From Candidatus Latescibacterota bacterium (GTDB taxonomy: Bacteria; Latescibacterota; UBA2968; UBA8231), in NCBI GenBank assembly GCA_965261395.1, contig OZ253462.1:2304001-2368000 (forward strand): a stretch of 64,000 nucleotides of DNA, given 5' to 3'. This document shows, piece by piece, positions 57,129 through 64,000 of the stretch. The notes beneath the pieces are model-generated. The model was not told the DNA's origin. It worked only from the letters and a program-made list of their open reading frames with translations, and searched no databases. The translations under genes were made by a program, and so were the position numbers. Positions within the stretch are counted from its first letter, which is position 1. Each line of letters starts with the position of its first letter.

Positions 57129-59525
57129 GTGGACATGGGCACGGGGCGCGCCAGCAGAAAAGCAACTTCAACTGTTTTGTACCGCACAGCGAAGATACTC
57201 GTCGTTTGCGCCGGCCTTTTCCTCCTCAGGCCTTGGAGTGCGCCGGCTGGTGAAATCCGCTTCAGCCGCTCGTCGCAGTGGCGCGAGTGGAGCGCACCCG
57301 AGGGGACCATCGCGATTTCGCCGGACGGCCGAGTCAGCCCGGTCTTCATCCGCAAATCGATCAACGCGGCGCTCAATGCCGGCCAGTTCGCAGTACTGGG
57401 CGACTTCGGGGACGAAGAAGAGCGCTTGGGCGGCATAAGTGGGGCTGGCACGAATCCCGGAATGGCCGGTCTCATTCTCGACGGCGACGAGGAGACGTTT
57501 TGGACCCCTGCCGTCGGCGCTGCTCTCGACGACTGGTGGGTGGAAGTGGATCTGGGTCGGGCAGTCTCCGCCACGGAGATCGCGGTAAAATTCGCTCGCT
57601 CGGGCAATCCTTTCAGCATGTTCCAAGTCTTCGTCTCTACGGGCGAGGAAGCAGTCTATTTCGGCTCCGGACTTAAGAAATACAGCCTATTGGCCGAGAC
57701 GACCCGTCCCAATACTAGGTACGAACTCACTTATCCGCTCTTGCCGCAGGACGTGAAATTGAGCGGTCGAGGCGAGCTGACCTTTAGGCAGTTCGTGCGC
57801 TTTGTTTTGTTCCGGGCCTTGCGCACAGCCGAGAATCCGCGCTTGGCCGAAATCGAGGTCAGAGCCTTGGGCGACAATATCGTCTTGGGCAGCGAGCAAC
57901 GGGGTGGCGGCGCTCTCATCGCACCGGCCGGAGGCGACGAAAGCGAGCCACCGACCTTTGCTTCGGATATCATAGACGGGAATTACAATACGGGCTGGAA
58001 TTCCCTGGGAAATTTCGTCGGCGACCCCAAGCGGTGGGGGTGGGTCAATATAGACCTGGGAACCCTATTCTGGGTAGACCATGTGCGCATCGTCACGTCT
58101 TTCGGGTTCACCGGTAAGCGCAATGTTCCGGTCTTCGGGTACAAACTCTTTGCCTCGGACGGGACGCGCAGCAGCGGCGCAGGCGCGGGCGAGTTTGTCG
58201 ATTTCGACGACCTAGTCTGGGAGGAGATTGCCGAACTCGAAGACAATCCCGCTCCCGAGCGCTTCATCTTTGAAGAGCACCTGACCCCGCGCAAGGTGCG
58301 CTACCTGTTCTGGTCGAATCGCAACCAGCGGGGCACGGGCGTTTCAACCGTGCGGGAGATCCAGGCTTTTGGGGAGGGTTTCATTCCGGGCGTCACCTTA
58401 ACCTCCGGCTTGATAGATCTGGGCGGTGCCAAAAATCTGACGGCCATCCACTGGAGCGGAGAAACGCCGCCGGCCACTAGACTGGCGGTGCGCACGCGCA
58501 CGGGCAATGAGCTAGGCGAGAAACGGCACTACTTCGACAAGGAGGGCAATGAATACACCGAAAAGGCTTGGGAGAAGCTGCCGCCCTTCAAACGCCAGAA
58601 AGAGCCCACCGTCGAACTCATCCCGGGCGCGGGATGGAGTCCGTGGAGTCTGCCCTACGAGTATTCGGGCGCTCGCTTTCAATCGCCCAGCCCCCGCAGC
58701 TATGCCCAGATACAAGTGGAGTTGATCAGCGATGATCCGCAGCGGGCTCCGGCCTTGTCCAGTGTGGCGCTCGAATTCACGGACCCAGCGGCCGAACAGA
58801 TCATCGCCGAAATCGTCCCCCGGATAGCTACACCGGGACAGACGGAAGAATTCTCCTATTTCATCCTCCCTAGTTTCGGGTCTGGGAATCGCGGTTTTGA
58901 CCAGATTTTGATTCGCGTTCCGACCGATCCTGTCTTTCGGGGCCTGAAACTAGACCACGAGGAAATAGATCCCGTTGCCGTGCGGGCCGCGGCGGACTCA
59001 CTGGTCGTCACCCTGCCGACTGCGGTGCAGTCGACGCAACTGATCGAGGTGAATTTCGCCACTCAAGTCTTCCTCAATGCCACCCTCTTTGAGGGTTTTG
59101 TACGGCGCTCGGCTGAGCCGGACTCTTGGCAACAGATTGATCCGGGCGATGCGAGCCCGGACGCTCTAGGCGACGATCTGAGAGTTTTCCTACCGGCCAG
59201 TAGCAGCGGTCTCCAAACCCCGACAATCAATCCATCGGTGATCACCCCGAACGGAGATGAGCGCAACGAACAGTTGACTGTGCGCTTTGCGCTGGTCGGC
59301 TTGGAGGCGTCCCGCCAACTCCGGGCCGCCGTGTACGATCTGGGTGGTCGACTGGTCGCCCGGCTGCGCGACCAGTCCGGGTCTAGCGGGGAGTACGCCC
59401 TTTTGTGGGATGGCCGCGATGGGGCGGGAAATATGGTGCCCCCTGGGGTGTACCTGTTCCGCCTGAGCATCGACAGCGATAAGCCGACGAGGGCGTTTAC
59501 GCGACTCGTCGGGGTAGCCTACTGA
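57129..59525 (+). CDS. Secreted discoidin-like (two-domain) protein with C-terminal FlgD-Ig domain, paralog 2
   Basis: VDLGR and IDLG repeats, TRTG, WSPWS, ITPNGD, YDLGGR, WDGRD, PPGVY. Confidence 0.75.
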   Translation: MDMGTGRASRKATSTVLYRTAKILVVCAGLFLLRPWSAPAGEIRFSRSSQWREWSAPEGTIAISPDGRVSPVFIRKSINAALNAGQFAVLGDFGDEEERLGGISGAGTNPGMAGLILDGDEETFWTPAVGAALDDWWVEVDLGRAVSATEIAVKFARSGNPFSMFQVFVSTGEEAVYFGSGLKKYSLLAETTRPNTRYELTYPLLPQDVKLSGRGELTFRQFVRFVLFRALRTAENPRLAEIEVRALGDNIVLGSEQRGGGALIAPAGGDESEPPTFASDIIDGNYNTGWNSLGNFVGDPKRWGWVNIDLGTLFWVDHVRIVTSFGFTGKRNVPVFGYKLFASDGTRSSGAGAGEFVDFDDLVWEEIAELEDNPAPERFIFEEHLTPRKVRYLFWSNRNQRGTGVSTVREIQAFGEGFIPGVTLTSGLIDLGGAKNLTAIHWSGETPPATRLAVRTRTGNELGEKRHYFDKEGNEYTEKAWEKLPPFKRQKEPTVELIPGAGWSPWSLPYEYSGARFQSPSPRSYAQIQVELISDDPQRAPALSSVALEFTDPAAEQIIAEIVPRIATPGQTEEFSYFILPSFGSGNRGFDQILIRVPTDPVFRGLKLDHEEIDPVAVRAAADSLVVTLPTAVQSTQLIEVNFATQVFLNATLFEGFVRRSAEPDSWQQIDPGDASPDALGDDLRVFLPASSSGLQTPTINPSVITPNGDERNEQLTVRFALVGLEASRQLRAAVYDLGGRLVARLRDQSGSSGEYALLWDGRDGAGNMVPPGVYLFRLSIDSDKPTRAFTRLVGVAY

Positions 59526-59536
59526 GGCGATTTTCC

Positions 59537-62137
59537 GTGACCTACTGCAAATACATCGCAATCACAGTGGCCTTGCTCGCGGCCGTGCCGCCACCGAGCC
59601 AGGCGCAGGCCCTGAACCCGACGGGAGCCCAGACCTTTTTTGCGGCCATTGATCCCACCATCCAGAAGTGGTATCGCCCCCAGCAACTCTACGCCGAGTA
59701 CAAGTGGGACTGGTGGCAGTATTCCAATTATGCCAGAGTCCCCTACCAGCGCTACGTGGATACCGAACTGGAGGGCACCCGCTGGTACGATCTCTACGGG
59801 AACTACGTGACCGAGGGGTGGCAGATCTACCGCTGGACCCAGGAGCAGCCCACGACCTTTGGGAGCGACATCCTCAAGAGCCGCCGCTTCAATTCTTGGT
59901 TCAACAGGCTAGTCGTGACCCAGGTCCAAAGGGGCCAGTACTACTTTGCCGTGACGGTCGGCGATGAGATCCGCACGGCCCTGACCCCTTTTACTTTTTC
60001 CAAACCGGCCTTCAATGGGGTCCAGGTCGATCTCCAGTCGGACAAATACGCGGCGACCTTGCTCATGTCCCGGGTCAACCTGCCCATAGCGCTCGAAGGG
60101 GGGGAGGTAAACGAATCGAAGATCACCGACTTCAACAATCTGCTCGGCTTCAGGACGACGGTGCAGATAGGGGATTTCGTCCAAATGGGCGGCACGTATG
60201 TCAATGCCCATCTGGGGCGGACCTCGCCGGATTTGAGTCTGGCCGGGATCCGCGCGGGGAACTTGACGACCGAGCAGAATCGAGATGTCATCCGCCAAGT
60301 GCAAATTCGCATCAGCGACGATTCGCCGGAAGACGGCAAGGGTGGAGCCATCCTCTTTTCCGAGCGCGTTTTTGCCAATGCGGACACCGAACCCCTCGCT
60401 ATTGTCCCCCTAGTCGAAGGCGGTACTCCGCGCCGCGGGGCCTTGGTCGCCGACGGAGCCGAGCAGATCGTCCTGACCTACGCGTTCACCCAGCCCGAAT
60501 TGATCCGCAAGCTAGTCTTTGAACTGGTATTGGCCAATGACTACTTGGTGGAGGTGACTTCCAACCTACAGACCGATTTCTCGGACCAACCCGTGTACCT
60601 GCCCATGGCCAAGTCCGCGCGGAATGTTCAAGACGGCTCCAACCAGCGCCTCGTCCGCTTTGACTACGGCTTGCCGACGGCCAACGAAATCTATGGTATG
60701 ACGCTCGAAGTCCAAGATGTTGCCGGACTCGACATCTTGGCTGAGTGGAATAACAACAATCAGTGGCGCCGCCTGCCCAATGTGAATTTCGAAAGGCATG
60801 TGCGGGCCGCGAACACCGCCCAGGTCGGATACCTGACCGCGCGCACCACGAGTCGGTACTATCCGTGGTTCGCGTACGGCGAAATTTTCAGTGTGGACCA
60901 GGACTACTCCACGTCCATGTACATCCAGGATCAGCAGGGCAAGCTCGACTACACCAACAAACTGCGCGGCGTGTACGAATTTGTCGACGACAACGACGAC
61001 CAAGATCGCTTCCCCGACTGGCGCCGGGCCCAGCAACCCAACGAAAGTCAGCGCCGATCCATCTCCGGCGGACCTAGAGGCGGGATATTCCCCGGCCTGG
61101 ACGAGAACAACGATTTTATCTCGGATTTCAACCAAAACGATAACACCCGGCCCGATTACGACGAACCCTTCCTCCGCTATACCGTGGACCCGCCCGAATT
61201 CCTCTTTGGCATCGATATGGACAACAACACCCTAATCGATCGCTTTGAGGACGATAACGAGGCCGACTACCCGTTTCAACGGGACCACCGCGGGTACAAC
61301 GGATACTTGGGCCTCAATATTTTCCCCGAGGTCCAGCTGCTAGGGGGCTATTCAAACCAGTGGCTGCTGTCGGCCGACCGCCGTAGTCGCTCATCCTATC
61401 TGCTCTTCAAAATGCAGCAGGACCGGGTTGCGTTGGGCAAATTCCGCTTTTTCTACCAGCTCAAGTTCGTCGAGGACAACATCATCGACGACCAGTTGTT
61501 TTGGACGCAGCCGCCGGGTACGTTCGGCGTGAGCGAATTTCCCTTTGAAGATCCCATGCTGGCCCAAGACGCGGTCGTCAACTCGGTTTTTATCGGTTTC
61601 GACCAAGCTTGGGGCCGTTTCAATACGTCGGCCAAGGTCAAATACGAGGGCCTCGTTCAGCGCGGCGACAATGTCGCCCGGCTCACCCGGCCTGGGGAAG
61701 AACCGGAGATCATCGACGACTCTCATTTCCTCGGCCTAATCCACAAACTCGACTACTCTTTTCAGCTCACTGATGCGCTGGTATTCCACCCCAAATTGAA
61801 GAGCATGTACCGGCGCCAGACCGCCTATCTGGAAAGTGCGGGCAAAAAAAACAACCTGTCCGAGATCCTCTTTCTAACGCTGGCGGTGCAGTTGATGCCC
61901 AATCTCGAGCTGGAAGGTGGTACGGAATTGACCAAATTCTGGGATTTGGCCGACCAACCTGGGGCGCGGCTCGATTTTTGGGGTTGGGTCGGCGCGCTGC
62001 AGCTATCCGTCACCCAGGCGTATCTTGGATATCAGGTGACGATAAACCTGGGGACGCAAGTGCAGCAGCAGCGTTTTGAGGACCGGGAACAGAACCGCGT
62101 CGAATCGTTCCTCGTCATATTTGCCGGACTGGATTGA
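59537..62137 (+). CDS. Large secreted protein, probably an outer-membrane beta-barrel with Asp-rich Ca-binding loops
   Basis: Signal peptide; DDNDDQD, DENNDFISD, DMDNN motifs; alternating beta-strand pattern in the C-terminal third. Confidence 0.6.
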   Translation: MTYCKYIAITVALLAAVPPPSQAQALNPTGAQTFFAAIDPTIQKWYRPQQLYAEYKWDWWQYSNYARVPYQRYVDTELEGTRWYDLYGNYVTEGWQIYRWTQEQPTTFGSDILKSRRFNSWFNRLVVTQVQRGQYYFAVTVGDEIRTALTPFTFSKPAFNGVQVDLQSDKYAATLLMSRVNLPIALEGGEVNESKITDFNNLLGFRTTVQIGDFVQMGGTYVNAHLGRTSPDLSLAGIRAGNLTTEQNRDVIRQVQIRISDDSPEDGKGGAILFSERVFANADTEPLAIVPLVEGGTPRRGALVADGAEQIVLTYAFTQPELIRKLVFELVLANDYLVEVTSNLQTDFSDQPVYLPMAKSARNVQDGSNQRLVRFDYGLPTANEIYGMTLEVQDVAGLDILAEWNNNNQWRRLPNVNFERHVRAANTAQVGYLTARTTSRYYPWFAYGEIFSVDQDYSTSMYIQDQQGKLDYTNKLRGVYEFVDDNDDQDRFPDWRRAQQPNESQRRSISGGPRGGIFPGLDENNDFISDFNQNDNTRPDYDEPFLRYTVDPPEFLFGIDMDNNTLIDRFEDDNEADYPFQRDHRGYNGYLGLNIFPEVQLLGGYSNQWLLSADRRSRSSYLLFKMQQDRVALGKFRFFYQLKFVEDNIIDDQLFWTQPPGTFGVSEFPFEDPMLAQDAVVNSVFIGFDQAWGRFNTSAKVKYEGLVQRGDNVARLTRPGEEPEIIDDSHFLGLIHKLDYSFQLTDALVFHPKLKSMYRRQTAYLESAGKKNNLSEILFLTLAVQLMPNLELEGGTELTKFWDLADQPGARLDFWGWVGALQLSVTQAYLGYQVTINLGTQVQQQRFEDREQNRVESFLVIFAGLD

Positions 62138-64000
62138 TGGCCAGAAGACGTAATGTTGCCCCGTCCCTTGGCGCTTTGCACGGGACAGTTTTACTCCTCG
62201 TCCTAGTCTGCTGGGCACGGGCCGTAGCCGTGGAGCACTGGACCGTCGGCGGACAGGCACACCCCTGGAATACTGTCGGCACCCTAGCGCTGTTGAGCGA
62301 CGCGCAGAGTTCCGGCTGGCTAGAGCCGCTCGAAGTGTCGGGCGAGAACCTCGCCCTCAACCTGCGACAGTTGGACTCGGCGCGGGTGCTGACCAATTAC
62401 ACTTGGCGAAAATTCGAGAGCCTGAAAAATGTAGTGGACGGGGATCGCTTGAGCGGCTGGCCTCCCATCGAACTCGATATCGTCAATACGCGCGAGAACA
62501 ACCCCTTTTTCGCCGTCGTCCTAGTCGTCGATTTGGGGGCACCCTTCGGTGTGGACCGCATTGGTTTCTCAGCGGTAGAGGGACTTGAGTTCCGCTTTAT
62601 CGAAGGGTTCCAGGTTTTTATCCAAGACGGCAAAGAGCCTGTCGCCTTTCCCCAAAGTCAGAGGAACTGGCACTGGTTTGTGCGCGATTGGGAGCTGGTT
62701 GCTGAGGTGGAGCAGACCGAGGGAAGCACAGCGCATATCGAAATACCGCCGCGCTTGGTGCGCTATGTGGCTCTCTCCGATACGATCAGCTTGCCTAGTG
62801 CCCGTCTCTGGCAACTCGGCGAGGTGGAGGTCTGGGGCAGGGGGTATGCCTCCTCAGCCACCTTTACATCCGACATCATCGACTTTGGCGAGCCGGTCGT
62901 TTTGGGGGCTATGACCTGGGATGCGGTGGACGATCCCGGCAGTACCCTGCAGATTCGCACGCGGAGCGGCTCGACGCCCGATCCGAATGTCTACCTCAGC
63001 TTTACGGGCATAGGACAAAACGGCCAACAGGCCGTATCGCGCAGCGCATACGAGGCTCTGCACCCCAAGGCGAGGGGGCCTATTGTGGCCGATACGAAAA
63101 ATTGGACTCCGTGGTCCGCGCCCTATCCGTCCACCGGGAGGGAATCCTTGGTTGCCCCCAAACCTGCGCGCTATTTCCAGTTTGAGATCGACTTTGCAAG
63201 CGCTCTGCCGCTGTCGCGCTCCCGCATCGATTCTCTCTCGGTCGAGTTTTCTCCGCCCTTGGTCGAGCAGGTCGAAGGCGAGATTTGGCCTGCGCTCGTC
63301 TCCCCGGGCGAACTCGTGCGCTTCACCTATGCGCTGAGGCCGCGCGTGGCTCCCGGAGATCCCGGTTTCGACGGGGTGGAGATTGCCACACCTACCGCTG
63401 CGGTGGTGCAAGAGGTGAGGATCGCTGGCATAGGCTTGGACGATTTTGTGGCCGAGGTGGAGGAAAACCGTCTGCGCGTCTCTTTTTCCGGGCGATTGAT
63501 CGACCGGGATGCTATCCTAGTCGAAGTCGATTTCGACTGCCGCGTCTTTGTTGCGGGCACGCGTTTTGCGGGCCGAGTTTTCAACAGCAAACGCGACGAG
63601 ATGCCCCAGCCAATTGTTCCCGGCGATGTGCACATTGACCTCAATTCAGAGGATCTGCTTGTCGGGTTTGCCCCGGAAGAGCAGGGCAAGTTGCTGGCTG
63701 AGGTGGAGATCCACCCCAGTCCCTTTACGCCCAACGGGGATGGCGTGAATGATTGGGCGGAGTTCACCTATAACCTGTTTCAGGCCACGGTACCCGTTCC
63801 CGTTGAAATCGCCGTCCACGACCTCTCCGGTCGCCTCGTCTGGCACCAGGCAATGTCCCAGTCCAGCGGTTTCGGTCGCGTATTCTGGGATGGTAGGGAT
63901 GGGTCTGGGCAACTAGTAGCGCCGGGGGTGTACATCTACCGGGTTTCAATGGACGCCGCCGTCGGCGCGCAGGTCCGCGTCGGTGCGGTGGCAGTAGCAT
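62137..64000 (+). CDS. Secreted discoidin-like + FlgD-Ig protein, paralog 3; stop codon lies just beyond the window end
   Basis: Absent from the ORF track because no stop is in the window; ATG overlaps the upstream TGA; MARRRNVAPS...HPW, TRSG, WTPWS, RYFQ, PFTPNGDG, WDGRD, APGVY, ends VGAVAVA. Confidence 0.75.
   Translation, partial: MARRRNVAPSLGALHGTVLLLVLVCWARAVAVEHWTVGGQAHPWNTVGTLALLSDAQSSGWLEPLEVSGENLALNLRQLDSARVLTNYTWRKFESLKNVVDGDRLSGWPPIELDIVNTRENNPFFAVVLVVDLGAPFGVDRIGFSAVEGLEFRFIEGFQVFIQDGKEPVAFPQSQRNWHWFVRDWELVAEVEQTEGSTAHIEIPPRLVRYVALSDTISLPSARLWQLGEVEVWGRGYASSATFTSDIIDFGEPVVLGAMTWDAVDDPGSTLQIRTRSGSTPDPNVYLSFTGIGQNGQQAVSRSAYEALHPKARGPIVADTKNWTPWSAPYPSTGRESLVAPKPARYFQFEIDFASALPLSRSRIDSLSVEFSPPLVEQVEGEIWPALVSPGELVRFTYALRPRVAPGDPGFDGVEIATPTAAVVQEVRIAGIGLDDFVAEVEENRLRVSFSGRLIDRDAILVEVDFDCRVFVAGTRFAGRVFNSKRDEMPQPIVPGDVHIDLNSEDLLVGFAPEEQGKLLAEVEIHPSPFTPNGDGVNDWAEFTYNLFQATVPVPVEIAVHDLSGRLVWHQAMSQSSGFGRVFWDGRDGSGQLVAPGVYIYRVSMDAAVGAQVRVGAVAVA

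Noticed and set aside
1-64000. CRISPR arrays, tRNA, rRNA and integron attC arrays
   Set aside because: None recognised by eye; short structured RNAs could have been missed without covariance-model searches

Overview
A GC-rich bacterial chromosome window of mostly metabolic genes: enolase-superfamily enzymes, sulfatases, glcDF, serC, pepA, M19/M32 peptidases and glgP. FlgD-tailed secreted proteins and a 'TAVE..TWxxIK' tail suggest an FCB-group host such as Latescibacterota (inference). Main points: (1) an ssb gene split by a IIA group II intron whose EBS1/EBS2 match a synonymous ssb allele and whose RT is itself broken by an ISKra4-like IS next to YADD; (2) a type ISP restriction-modification C-terminus fused in frame to a PemK-type antitoxin tail and overlapping a MazF/PemK toxin, cut by an IS5 whose inverted repeat supplies a new in-frame ATG; (3) an AT-richer SIR2 + SEC-C gene bracketed by a duplicated serC 3' end; (4) a ~1 kb IS605-type element with a 288-aa TnpB; (5) three orphan LivK-like paralogs around a sensor-less sigma54-type activator; (6) a >12 kb locus (foldase, TWxxIK protein, two lipoproteins, three discoidin/FlgD paralogs, a putative outer-membrane protein) that looks like an uncharacterised envelope or secretion module. 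All calls come from reading motifs by eye; no database searches were run.
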